A stretch of 63,600 nt of DNA, counting the filler, from Octopus bimaculoides (lineage: Eukaryota), in NCBI RefSeq assembly GCF_001194135.2. It is 3 parts of 3 records of this genome, joined end to end, with 100 filler letters (N's around TTAATTAATTAA, not from the genome) between each part and the next. Parts side by side here need not be neighbours in the genome. Positions count along the whole stretch, not along the records: positions 1 to 30,146 come from NC_068996.1; 2 more parts are not named here. One strand, 5' to 3'. Made by a program: the position numbers and the translations under genes. This document shows, piece after piece, positions 1 through 12,585 of this stretch. The notes below the pieces were generated by a model. That model searched no databases. It was given only the letters and a program-made list of their open reading frames with translations, and was not told where the DNA came from. Each line of letters opens with the position of its first letter. Positions within the stretch are counted from its first letter, which is position 1.

Positions 1-381
1 CTGATGAACATTTGAAAGCAATTGTTATAGTTGGCTGCAGCAATCATAAAGCAAATGTTGATGATATTTTGGAAGCAAAACGCCAGTTTCACAAATCTCA
101 TTAACTTTTGTGCTGCTTACTTTTCATGCAATTCAGCTTCGTGCACATTTTTTCTAAAAATTCTAACTTGGTAATATTTTGGTATTATTAAAGTATGTTT
201 ATTGTTTTTATTATTGCGTGTATTTTATATATTGATAAATAAATAGGATGACTGTCTTTATTTTTAGTGTACATTCAGTGTATTCTATATTGTACTGAAT
301 TGAACAAAATATTTATCCGGCCTGTGCTCGGCATTCTTTTAGCTATATCTGGCCCACTAAAAAAAAGTTTGGTGACCCCTG
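1..381 (+). mobile_element. 3' end of hAT DNA transposon (Charlie/SPIN-like): transposase C-terminus plus right TIR
   Basis: 3..104 translates DEHLKAIVIVGCSNHKANVDDILEAKRQFHKSH*, matching the (L)TDEHL...QxSH* end of Charlie/SPIN-type transposases. 367-381 is the reverse complement of CAGGGGTCACCAAAC (hAT-type TIR), followed by CTCTAGAA (382-389), the NTCTAGAN target typical of Charlie elements. Confidence 0.8.
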
Positions 382-385
382 CTCT

Positions 386-523
386 AGAAGGCCTGGGAAA
401 ACCACAATAGAAGGCCTGGAAAAACCACAATAGAAGGCCTGGGAAAACCACAATAGAAGGCCTGGGAAAACCACAACAGAAGGCCTGGGAAAACCACAAT
501 AGAAGGCCTGGGAAAGCCACAAT
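386..523. repeat. 23-bp minisatellite, 6 copies (AGAAGGCCTGGGAAAACCACAAT)
   Basis: Units start at 386, 409, 432, 455, 478 and 501, with single substitutions in some units. Confidence 0.95.
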
Positions 524-736
524 AGGCCAGCGCAGAGACAAAGGCATATACAAGAGCGGTGATGTGAAACACTCCAGACGGAGGATATCTGCAAAACCAC
601 GGTGGTGCTCCAGCATGTCTGCAGCCACATAGATGAAAAGAATAAAAGAATATACTGTACACATGCACGCACACATAAATACATACACACACATGCATAC
701 ATATATACACACATACATAAATACATACAACATAAT

Positions 737-778
<42 letters not shown>

Positions 779-1000
779 CCAGAAACTCCATGCGTATCAC
801 GTCAGATCGACGATGGGAAGGATGACTTCCCTTTGCAAATACCGACAGGTCACAGATGTGTGTCAATATCCAACTGGAGGAGATGTTCTCCTGGGGCTAA
901 AAGCAACAGTAACATTCACCCTTAGGGTTTAGCCGCATTTAAGTGGCAAATATACTTCACGTTGTCGTGCAGTTACTGTTTATATCTCGTTTAGAGATTT

Positions 1001-1072
<72 letters not shown>

Positions 1073-1184
1073 CACATCCATACATACATATATACACACA
1101 TCCATATATATACACACACATGCATACATATATATACACACATGCATAAATACATACAACATAATCCATATATANNNNNNNNNN

Positions 1185-1224
<40 letters not shown>

Positions 1225-2329
1225 TTCTAAATCTTGTGTGACTCTATTTCTGTCTATCAGCCCCTTCACATTTATTCGTTCATTCCCCTGTTCGTTCTTT
1301 CGTTCTCCCTCGCTCACATTTCCTTGCCTTCTCTTTTCCCCCCACTTTTCACTTCACTGTGTCCCTGTCTTTTTTCTCGTCCCTCCTTAATTCTTTTGTC
1401 CCTCTGCCTCTACCTCTCTCTCGTCTGCTCTTTCTTTTTCTGGGCGGCCGTTGTGCGTGCAACATCATTATTCCTCCCTGTGCCTGTGAAATCTTGTATC
1501 CCGGCTGTAAGGCCTTATTTCCATACACGCCAGCTTAATTTTATTCGTCCTTAGTCGAAAGACATCTGTTGTTATGTCCCGTTATTATTCCTACTGTATT
1601 TGTGTATTATTCCTACTGTATTTCTTTTTCGTCCTTGTTTTCGCATACATTCGCTGCTTTCTTCCAAGGAATCTAATGCTCTTAGCTTAGTTTTTCCTTG
1701 GGGCTNNNNNNNNNNNNNNNNNNNNNNNNNNNNNNNNNNNNNNNNNNNNNNNNNNNNNNNNNNNNNNNNNNNNNNNNNNNNNNNNNNNNNNNNNNNNNNN
1801 NNNNNNNNNNNNNNNNNNNNNNNNNNNNNNNNNNNNNNNNNNNNNNNNNNNNNNNNNNNNNNNNNNNNNNNNNNNNNNNNNNNNNNNNNNNNNNNNNNNN
1901 NNNNNNNNNNNNNNNNNNNNNNNNNNNNNNNNNNNNNNNNNNNNNNNNNNNNNNNNNNNNNNNNNNNNNNNNNNNNNNNNNNNNNNNNNNNNNNNNNNNN
2001 NNNNNNNNNNNNNNNNNNNNNNNNNNNNNNNNNNNNNNNNNNNNNNNNNNNNNNNNNNNNNNNNNNNNNNNNNNNNNNNNNNNNNNNNNNNNNNNNNNNN
2101 NNNNNNNNNNNNNNNNNNNNNNNNNNNNNNNNNNNNNNNNNNNNNNNNNNNNNNNNNNNNNNNNNNNNNNNNNNNNNNNNNNNNNNNNNNNNNNNNNNNN
2201 NNNNNNNNNNNNNNNNNNNNNNNNNNNNNNNNNNNNNNNNNNNNNNNNNNATATATTTATATATATAATCAGGCAATAATCTTGTGTTGCCCTACGTCGG
2301 CAAGACTTGAAAAAATATAGAAAAAGTTA

Positions 2330-4076
2330 GAGGTACAATGAACTTTGCCGTGAGGAGTGCAATATCTAATGTTTCGGATTCAATACGTCATCAGGAGGTA
2401 AAGAAAAAGAGAAGTTGAAGAAACAAAGTCTACATCCTCTCAGCTTGAAAAACTGGCAGCAACTGATAATGGACGCAGAATAACACGGGCTGCTAACGTG
2501 AAACAGAAGTTATAGGAGACGCGTGTAGAAAGGAGAAGGAAAAGGGTGATGGAAAGAGTAAAGGTAAGTAAATACAGAAATGTTGCGGAGAGAGGATGGA
2601 AGGAGAATTAAAATGAGTAAAAAATAATTAAGACGAGGTGAAAGGATGAACGGAAAAATGTACATTCATACTTGTCGGGGACAAAGTACCAAGATCAAGT
2701 ATGAGACGTTGCTCCTTTTGTTTCCTAGAGAAGGCGGGGTCCGTGCTGCGAGGCCATTCCACACACTACAGATGTCTTTCGACTAAGGACGAATAAAATT
2801 AAATCTGCAATAGAATGATTCACGGTGTTTAAATGGGTTGCGACAAGTTGGCCTGACATACGTAGCACTATGCTTCCGATGTGTTCGCGAAAGCGATCCC
2901 CATGGCGTCGCGCTGTTTCTCCAATGTAAAGAGCACCGCAGAGTTTGTATGTGATGAATATATGAGATTCACCGAAGTGCAACAGAAATGGTGTGTTATG
3001 TGATATTGCCTCTTGGGCCCCGTGATGCTGGTAATATTGTTGATGTTGGAGCATGTGTTACATCCTTGGCGAGAACATTTAGATGCTTCTGGTTGCGCGG
3101 AGCCGGGAGCTGTAAAGCTTCTAACAAAGAGATTTCTAAGATTCCTATCTTTTTTAAGACAGGAGAGGCGGTGTGGGAAAGATAGGGGCGGTTGTTGGGT
3201 CAGAAATAAGAATGCGCAAGTTGTGGGTGAGTTTTATTTTAGAGGGAGGATGGACGGGTTGTAGGTAAGAAAGAGTGGACTACGGTCGGTGGAAGTGCGT
3301 GAAGAAGGTCGGAGAGTTGCGGTGCAGTTGATGGATCGGGCTTGGTTGAGTGCTGGGTCCACAACGGATGGAGGATACATTCGATTTAGAAAAAAACTGT
3401 CGCATCGTTTTGTTTTACAATGGGATTCGAATTCCAAATCGATGCTGCAAAGTCGTCGAAGGCGAAGAAATTGAGAGGAAGGTATGGCAGATTTAATGTG
3501 TTAAATATCAGAAATATCAGATATGGTGTGGGTGAATTCCAAGGCTGGGTGAAAGGTATTAACGAAAGAAATAAAATCGTTGAGCTGTTGTCAGTTAAGA
3601 CTTGTGGCGCCAATACAGTCGTCGATGTGACAACCATACAGCGCTGGGATGGGTCCAGAGAAATGAGCAAAGATTTGCTACTCTATATAACCTACAAAGA
3701 GGTTAGCATAATTGAGGCCCATCCTAGTGCCCATAGAAACACCACTGAAATGCCTATAGGTAGGAAAATAAAAATTCTGTAGGGCAATTGCAAGCAGAGA
3801 CAATAGGGCGGTTGGGATTATCTTGCTTATGTATTTTAGGGACAAAATTGATAGTGGAATTTCAGTAAGTGGTGAAACTGATGTTGGTGGCAGTGGGTGG
3901 CAGCGAACCAGAAGACATCAGCTGATGTACAGTGACAATCCTCTGGTAATGGTTCGTGAGAACACTTGGTATCTTCATGTAGTATCTGGAATCGTTGAGT
4001 TATCAGAGTGCTTCTCTTCTGTAAAGGTCGGCTCGCCAAACAACAACGGCGCCCCCTTTGTTGGCTGGCTTGATAA
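2330..4076 (-). mobile_element. Penelope-like retroelement remnant (RT + GIY-YIG), frameshifted; 5' part lost in gap
   Basis: Minus strand shows an IKPA(D)KG-like RT start near 4070, FFLNRMYPPSVVDPAL...PLFLTYNP at 3234-3437, and GIY-YIG LCGALYIGETARRHGDRFREH...VATHLN at 2725-3054, followed by a pyrimidine-rich 3' region. Confidence 0.85.
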
Positions 4077-4569
4077 NNNNNNNNNNNNNNNNNNNNNNNN
4101 NNNNNNNNNNNNNNNNNNNNNNNNNNNNNNNNNNNNNNNNNNNNNNNNNNNNNNNNNNNNNNNNNNNNNNNNNNNNNNNNNNNNNNNNNNNNNNNNNNNN
4201 NNNNNNNNNNNNNNNNNNNNNNNNNNNNNNNNNNNNNNNNNNNNNNNNNNNNNNNNNNNNNNNNNNNNNNNNNNNNNNNNNNNNNNNNNNNNNNNNNNNN
4301 NNNNNNNNNNNNNNNNNNNNNNNNNNNNNNNNNNNNNNNNNNNNNNNNNNNNNNNNNNNNNNNNNNNNNNNNNNNNNNNNNNNNNNNNNNNNNNNNNNNN
4401 NNNNNNNNNNNNNNNNNNNNNNNNNNNNNNNNNNNNNNNNNNNNNNNNNNNNNNNNNNNNNNNNNNNNNNNNNNNNNNNNNNNNNNNNNNNNNNNNNNNN
4501 NNNNNNNNNNNNNNNNNNNNNNNNNNNNNNNNNNNNNNNNNNNNNNNNNNNNNNNNNNNNNNNNNNNNN

Positions 4570-4604
<35 letters not shown>

Positions 4605-4885
4605 GTATGTATGTATATATATATATATTTATAAATATACAGCTGCCAATCAATTGTGGAACACGACTGTCACTACTACTACATAATCCTAATGATTGCG
4701 TAACGCATGAAAGTACTACTTTTTATAATATTGTAAAATAGTAAAATAATAAAATGTGAAAATCACACTAAGTTAAAATGTCATTGATTTATATCACAAT
4801 CATACGAAACCAGATATTTATCTATGTATCTATCTATCATCTACCTACCTACCTACCTACATACATACATACATACATACATACA

Positions 4886-4919
<34 letters not shown>

Positions 4920-5199
4920 CATACATACTTACCTACCTACCTATATATCTATCTATATGTATACATGAACAAATATTCATGCATATATATGTGTGTGTGT
5001 GTGTGTGTGTGTACCAAGAGACCAAAGGAAGATAACTGAAGGAGGCAGTGAAATGACTTGAAATAATTAAGTTAAAGGCTAATGTACTGGATGTCGCTCG
5101 CAGTAAATTAATAATTTATTGAAATTTGACTGTGATTGATGGAAACTGAAATCAAAATCCTACTGGCTATTGTTAGAAATTCTTAAACAGAAAAAGAGG

Positions 5200-6429
5200 T
5201 AATTTCAAGAAATCACAAAAATTTGTTCAAGTTAATTTACTTTTAACAACAAAGATCAGACTATCCTTTAACTCATCATATAAATTTACTTGGGGACTAA
5301 TTCTTACTTTCTTATAAATTATCTCTTATTGTCTTTTAAAAGTCACTATAAAGTGCCGTTAGGTTTTAGTTTTTTGTTTCCAAATAAATGGGAAATTTCA
5401 ACAATTTTATTGTGTATGGCATTCAGTATTATTCAAATTCATAGCACTTGCCTTTCTTTATATATCTTTTACTTCGCTTTATTTCTAATTATGTGTTTTT
5501 CCCTTCAGCAAAAAATATACGTAACTCTCCTTCATATGTAAAAATATATTTTCTGATCTTTAGGCTCAGTTAGACTGAGTTGGTGAAATAGACCAAGAGG
5601 CATGGCTGGCATTTGCCTACAAAAAAGATAAGGCAGGTATTTTCTGATTATATACATTTATAAAAAAAAATTATTGCATGCTCTATTATCATTTAGCTTA
5701 TACATGCATACATGCATCCATACATTAGAGAAGAAAACTGATTCATCAATGGAATTGTAAAAATTTGTAAAACTATCTAGAAGTTTATCATGTAAGTAAG
5801 TATACATACGCATCTGTAGACAAGCAACTATATACATGAGAATCAGAAAATGAAGTGAAAAATTAAAAAACATAATAACTAATGAAACACTTATCTTAAG
5901 CAAAAGGCAATGACATAACCTAGAGAAACTATTAACAAAGGCAAAATTCAGCACAAATAAACAAGATGAACAAACAGTATACTAGTGTAATGATAACAGA
6001 TGAGGAATATGTCAATACATGCATACTGGTAGATCCATTAGAACAAAAAATGGACAGATTTTCACAAATGGAGAAATGAACTGCAAAAGTAAAAATTTGA
6101 TCTACTGCATTAAATGCTCTAATTGCGAGGAACTATATATTGGCGAGACAGGGAAGGTATTATCGGAACGCTCACGAGTTCACGGGCAACAAGTCCGGAG
6201 CACAAATGTTGGACAAATTCCATTGAGAGAATATATAGAAACATGTGGTCAGAAAATGTTTCTAATTTTTCCTTTCTACAAACTACATGACAAGTGAGGT
6301 CGGAAGAAAGATAAAGGAAGAAAAAAAAAAAACATTTTAAAATGTTCAAACCTGTTCTGAACGAAATAACAATAATATAACAACCAGTTAATGATGTGGA
6401 TTAAAAAATATCTTTAAAATATGAATATT
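5200..6429 (+). mobile_element. Decayed Penelope-like element (RT thumb + GIY-YIG)
   Basis: 6019-6297 encodes MNCKSKNLIYCIKCSNCEELYIGETGKVLSER..H (GIY-YIG). An NLEKLLTKAKF-like linker lies at ~5915-5950. The 5' boundary is uncertain. Confidence 0.75.
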
Positions 6430-7186
6430 NNNNNNNNNNNNNNNNNNNNNNNNNNNNNNNNNNNNNNNNNNNNNNNNNNNNNNNNNNNNNNNNNNNNNNN
6501 NNNNNNNNNNNNNNNNNNNNNNNNNNNNNNNNNNNNNNNNNNNNNNNNNNNNNNNNNNNNNNNNNNNNNNNNNNNNNNNNNNNNNNNNNNNNNNNNNNNN
6601 NNNNNNNNNNNNNNNNNNNNNNNNNNNNNNNNNNNNNNNNNNNNNNNNNNNNNNNNNNNNNNNNNNNNNNNNNNNNNNNNNNNNNNNNNNNNNNNNNNNN
6701 NNNNNNNNNNNNNNNNNNNNNNNNNNNNNNNNNNNNNNNNNNNNNNNNNNNNNNNNNNNNNNNNNNNNNNNNNNNNNNNNNNNNNNNNNNNNNNNNNNNN
6801 NNNNNNNNNNNNNNNNNNNNNNNNNNNNNNNNNNNNNNNNNNNNNNNNNNNNNNNNNNNNNNNNNNNNNNNNNNNNNNNNNNNNNNNNNNNNNNNNNNNN
6901 NNNNNNNNNNNNNNNNNNNNNNNNNNNNNNNNNNNNNNNNNNNNNNNNNNNNNNNNNNNNNNNNNNNNNNNNNNNNNNNNNNNNNNNNNNNNNNNNNNNN
7001 NNNNNNNNNNNNNNNNNNNNNNNNNNNNNNNNNNNNNNNNNNNNNNNNNNNNNNNNNNNNNNNNNNNNNNNNNNNNNNNNNNNNNNNNNNNNNNNNNNNN
7101 NNNNNNNNNNNNNNNNNNNNNNNNNNNNNNNNNNNNNNNNNNNNNNNNNNNNNNNNNNNNNNNNNNNNNNNNNNNNNNNNNNNNNN

Positions 7187-7267
<81 letters not shown>

Positions 7268-7330
7268 ATATATGTATATATATATATATATATATACATG
7301 TGTGTGTGTGTATAAATACACACACACCGA

Positions 7331-8140
7331 TCTAAATAATAATTTGCTTGTTCGTTCGCCCGTTATACATTTGTTAGAGAGATGGAGGTGGAGTGAGTGA
7401 GAGATGAAGTTGAGTGAGAGAGAAAAATAAAATGGGAGAGAGAAGCAAGAGTGAAGAAAGAAGAGTGGGAAAGGTAGAGAAAGATGATTAATGTTAATAC
7501 ACTTAAGCCAAATGGTCACGTGATCAACTGGATGTAGGGACGAAGAACGAGAGAAAAAAACAAGAGAAAAGAAGGAGAGAAAAGTGTTAACGACGTGCAG
7601 TGTGGCGGGGAAGGAATACTTATTACGTGGTTAAAAAGTTAGCTGAAGGGAAAGGTAGATAGAAAGGGATAGACAGGTGAGGCAGTTATAGTGAGAGAAA
7701 GAGAGAGGGGGGGAAGGAGGGTCAGATAGCGGTATTGTGGTGTGTTGAAAGTGAAAAGTATATATTTTTTTAATTAATTTTTTATAGCGTCCATGGCATA
7801 TGCAATTATTTATCGTTTGCTCGCTTTAAAAAAATGATATTTGTTTATAAGGGTTAATTTAGCCTAAACTCTGGATTTACAAGAAACGCTGTTGCAAGCT
7901 GCCCAAGAAAGGATGTGCAGATATAGATCACGGGCGAGCCGAAGAGAAGCAGCGAAAAGATATAATAAAATCAGGAAAGAAGCAACAACGATGCAGACGT
8001 GAGGAAATGAATGTAGACAAAGTCAAGAATATTTAAAGAGAGCCTAACTATGTATGCTATAAAAATGCAAATCATCCTTTCTTCCCTAAATAGGTCCTCA
8101 TAATTTTTCCATTCCGTGGAATTTCCACGGATCCCACTAG
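7331..8140 (+). mobile_element. Non-autonomous Helitron (family H1)
   Basis: 5' junction A|TCTAAATAATAA at 7330/7331. 3' hairpin CCGTGGA-ATT-TCCACGG (8114-8130) precedes CTAG (8137-8140); the next base is C rather than the expected T. The 5' part is homologous to 55570-55946 on the minus strand. Confidence 0.65.
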
Positions 8141-8429
8141 CATATGTATTCTTTAATGTACACACACAGACATATATATAAACGTCAGACAGCCCGACTA
8201 AGGGTTTCTTGTAAAAATTTTATTGAATAACTCCTTAGTTTAATGTTAAACTGTTATCATATAACTTGGCAACATGACATAAAACATTTACATACATACA
8301 TAGTACGTACATACATGCATACATGCACACGTACGTATATACATATAGATACATACATATGTACACACACACACACACACTCACAAACACACACACACAC
8401 ACACACTTTTTACTCATTTTGTACAGTCT

Positions 8430-8645
8430 TAGTGGTTACAGTCATTGAGCTGCAGTCAAGCAAGTGTAGCATCTGGTGGGTTTAGCTAAACAAATCAATC
8501 CCGGTACATATTCTATAAGCCTGGTACGTATTGTATTGTTGATATTTGCCGAGACACTATGGTACGGGCACGTAAACAAACCAACACCGTTTGTCAATTA
8601 GTGGGGGACAAACACAATCGCAAAGGTACTTACATACACATATAG
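8430..8645 (-). mobile_element. tRNA-SINE family B, 3' fragment
   Basis: Similar to 37160-37400 (shared ...aaacaaaccaacacc...gtcaa...gtggggacaaacac segment). Confidence 0.6.
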
Positions 8646-8770
8646 ACAAATAAATTGAAATAATTGATTGTTGCTTCATACACGTTGCAATGCGATGACA
8701 ACATGTACATAATCGACATATATGTCACCTATCCTCGACTAAAGGAGAACTTCGTGGCAGATGTATATAA

Positions 8771-8796
8771 TCTATATATATAAAAATGAGAATGTG

Positions 8797-8831
<35 letters not shown>

Positions 8832-10283
8832 GTGAATCCCTAAAACTCGAGAACTACGCAACCAATTTCATTCAAATTTTACAGATGCCTTACTTAGGGT
8901 TCCAGTTGTGTTTTAGTCAAAAAAAATTTTAACTTCTTGCAGAGTTCGAGCCCACGGCAACATAATATCTCCTCCACTATTTAAGTATTACGTGTCAAAA
9001 GTGAAACAAAAACACTCATGTCAAATACTTTCACTTTAAAAATGAAACTATTCTACTAACTGAAACAATCACATTTCGATACTGTAGTGACAGANNNNNN
9101 NNNNNNNNNNNNNNNNNNNNNNNNNNNNNNNNNNNNNNNNNNNNNNNNNNNNNNNNNNNNNNNNNNNNNNNNNNNNNNNNNNNNNNNNNNNNNNNNNNNN
9201 NNNNNNNNNNNNNNNNNNNNNNNNNNNNNNNNNNNNNNNNNNNNNNNNNNNNNNNNNNNNNNNNNNNNNNNNNNNNNNNNNNNNNNNNNNNNNNNNNNNN
9301 NNNNNNNNNNNNNNNNNNNNNNNNNNNNNNNNNNNNNNNNNNNNNNNNNNNNNNNNNNNNNNNNNNNNNNNNNNNNNNNNNNNNNNNNNNNNNNNNNNNN
9401 NNNNNNNNNNNNNNNNNNNNNNNNNNNNNNNNNNNNNNNNNNNNNNNNNNNNNNNNNNNNNNNNNNNNNNNNNNNNNNNNNNNNNNNNNNNNNNNNNNNN
9501 NNNNNNNNNNNNNNNNNNNNNNNNNNNNNNNNNNNNNNNNNNNNNNNNNNNNNNNNNNNNNNNNNNNNNNNNNNNNNNNNNNNNNNNNNNNNNNNNNNNN
9601 NNNNNNNNNNNNNNNNNNNNNNNNNNNNNNNNNNNNNNNNNNNNNNNNNNNNNNNNNNNNNNNNNNNNNNNNNNNNNNNNNNNNNNNNNNNNNNNNNNNN
9701 NNNNNNNNNNNNNNNNNNNNNNNNNNNNNNNNNNNNNNNNNNNNNNNNNNNNNNNNNNNNNNNNNNNNNNNNNNNNNNNNNNNNNNNNNNNNNNNNNNNN
9801 NNNNNNNNNNNNNNNNNNNNNNNNNNNNNNNNNNNNNNNNNNNNNNNNNNNNNNNNNNNNNNNNNNNNNNNNNNNNNNNNNNNNNNNNNNNNNNNNNNNN
9901 NNNNNNNNNNNNNNNNNNNNNTTACATTGTGATTTCTGAAATGTGGTGCATAAATTGTCAAGTAAATGAGACGCATCTTTGCCTCCACTGATTCACTTGC
10001 AAAGTGTTGAGTAAAATTATTTCGTTGCAGACCTCCTTTGGGTCTTTTTATTATCACTACGACACACATAGTCCCCAGTTGGTAACATTGATTTCAAGGC
10101 CCTCCTAGATGAGACACTGGCATTCCACTTAATGTCTATGTTCCATGCTGGCATGGATTGGAGAGTTATTAATGTAGAAATATGGTATCGTAGCTACTAA
10201 CAGTTGAGGGTTGCGTAGTCTAGACAGCGTTTTTAGATTTCATTATTCTCTTTAACCCGGGCAAAGCCGGGTATTTCTGCTAG
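8771..10283 (+). mobile_element. Non-autonomous Helitron (family H2), gap inside
   Basis: Begins A|TCTATATATATAAAA followed by (TGTC)n. Ends with hairpin CCCGG-GCAAAG-CCGGG (10256-10271), an 8-nt spacer and CTAG|T, i.e. inserted in an AT dinucleotide without TSD. Confidence 0.85.
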
Positions 10284-11101
10284 TCATATATAATTTCAGC
10301 GACCAGTACGTAAATTTACAAAAGGAATTGTTCTGAGAAACACTTCAAACGTTTCCTAAGATATTGCAGCTAAAGAAGTTTAGATTTTATGAGCGGCCTT
10401 GAAAGTTTAGTGGACTAGTAAAAGAATATATTTTGGTGGGCCTATTTCAGCATTTAATTTACGGTGGCTCAAAGAAGAGAGAGCTGCATAGCCAGCCTGC
10501 CAAATTAAAGATAGAGGCTGATTCTCAGGCAGGATCCCACTAACAGCCTCATGCTTGCAGTTTATTATAATTTTCTAGCATAATCTTTGCAGTTTCCAAA
10601 GCTTGTAAAGAGTGATTTCAAATGTGATCCAAGTAGTACAAGTTGGGTAAATTTCTCGATCGACCAAAGAAAAATGTGTTGAAGACTGATCCATCAAACT
10701 CGATTTGATCTTCAGTTAAATTTGAGTGGCACTTTAATGTGAAATCTTCAGCACTCATGACTCATCTATGTTCAATTTTGACCATAGAGCTTGATCCGTT
10801 CCCAAAATCTTCTTTTTAACTGTTAAAAGATACTGAAATCACAATATATGGGTGCAGGCAATAGATATATATATTCTACACAGTAGGCATCTGAATTTTG
10901 ACAAGTGGAAAACCAATTAACTGAAATGTTACTTGAAAGTAGTTCTAACTGTAGCAACAAATGTTTTATTTTAGATTTCGTTTTCGTCATCATTGAAGTT
11001 GTTTCTGTCGTAGTATAATTGTTGTCTTCATCATCGGCGCTGTTGTTTGTATAGTTGTCATCATTGTCGCCTTCATTGCAAATGTTTCAGTTCGTTTGGT
11101 C

Positions 11102-11619
11102 TGTAGTGGGAATATATAGTCAGTAGGAGGTGTTGATGCAGCTGCATGTATGTTATTACAATAGTTCATAAAGAGATGAAGAATAAATTCAAGACCTATA
11201 TATTTACTACATAAAAATATATTTTATTTACTGGTCAATGATGATACATAATCAAAATGTAGAACCTTGTTGAATGAAGTAATCTATGCAAGAAAGTTCA
11301 GAGATAGTAAATGTAGGAATAACAGCTAAGTGCTGGTTTTCAGTCATGTGGCGTAGAGAAATAGACGGACATAGCAATGACGTGAATGGCTCTAAGTGTA
11401 ATCGACTAAGAAGCGAAGAGCAGGGTTAGCAAGCTGTTTTCATTAATGGAACAGTAGACATTCTCGAAATTTCCAAGAAAAACGCTAAACTTCTTGAATA
11501 ATTAACAATCACGTCTCATGACACAGATGCTTCGAGAAACTTAGAAAGGGAAGTTACTCTATAATCCTCTATAATTTTTCTTGCAAGAAAAATCATTCAA
11601 CTATCTAGCTACCGCTACA
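11102..11619 (-). repeat. LTR (3' LTR in minus orientation)
   Basis: Aligns along its whole length to 14165-14677; TG...CA termini. Confidence 0.9.
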
Positions 11620-12541
11620 CACACACACTAGGCAGAGGTAACGGTATACAATATTCAAAATAATAAAAATGTATACATCATAAAATGCCAAAAAAAAACT
11701 GATGAAAAAACAGAATTGAATAAATGCAATATTTCAGGTCCAAAGTGAAAAATCAAAGTTCAGACTTCTTTAACGTATGTGTGTGTCCATGCAATATAGA
11801 ATGTTTAGCGTTACATTAATGAAAACAGCTTGCTAACCCTGCTCTTCGCTTCTTAGTCGATTAGACTTAGAGCCATTCACGTCATTAGAGAAAATTGTGC
11901 ATTTCGGGAAACAGAATCCAAGGAAATGTATGGAGAACAGAATTTATTCGAGTGAGTTTGAATAGCAGTGTCGTTTTGCGTGCGCAGAGTGCAGAAAATG
12001 CCAGTCAGAGCGTGACTGAGGTAGAGTTAGTGTGCACACGAGTGGTAAAAAACGACAGTGACATGCTGGCGCGTTGTAAGAGACAGGCAACTTTCTATTT
12101 ATAACGTGACCATCTAGGGGTCTAATATAGTAAAGTTGTGTCTTTCAAGGGCGTGGTGAGCATGAGAAAGCAACCCAAAAATATGGTATATGGTGCATGT
12201 GTATAACTGGGTGAAGGCATGCAAGCATGTCTGCAAACTTGGAGACAATTTTACAAATATACAGAATATACAAATATACAATTTTACAGAATATTCGTAG
12301 GAAAAATATGTACGTGAATAGATGTCCTGAAAAATTAAAAATCAAGTGATATATAAAACAAAGCAAATGCAAAGGAAAGTGAACAAATACATGAAAAAGC
12401 AAGCAACAAAAACTAGGCGCAAGCTAAGGGAAAATTCCAGTCTATGTCCAAGTGTTCAAGTTAGATCAAGTCATGCAAGTTTTTAGAAAGTCCACAGAAA
12501 TTGAATCCAACGATGCGAAAATACGGCATGTTATGTATATA

Positions 12542-12585
<44 letters not shown>

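Noticed and set aside
386-523. CRISPR-like regular repeat
   Set aside because: Units are directly adjacent with no unique spacers, the context is eukaryotic and there are no cas genes. The same applies to 58606-58741.
684-1175. ~60-bp duplicated CA/TA-rich block (about 684-745 and 1113-1175)
   Set aside because: Low-complexity and next to a small gap; local slippage or an assembly effect is more likely than function.
275-1317. Long ORFs such as MLYVFMYVCIY... and the repeated CGFPRPSIVVFPGLLLWFSQAF peptide
   Set aside because: Translations of (TA/CA)n microsatellites and the 23-bp minisatellite; no coding signature.
6019-6297. Stand-alone GIY-YIG nuclease gene
   Set aside because: Lies in decayed Penelope-like context with upstream RT-linker remnants and a frameshifted end.
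1572-10069. 200-370 aa ORFs in the track
   Set aside because: Composed of X residues from N gaps; the same holds for the other gap-spanning ORFs in the window.
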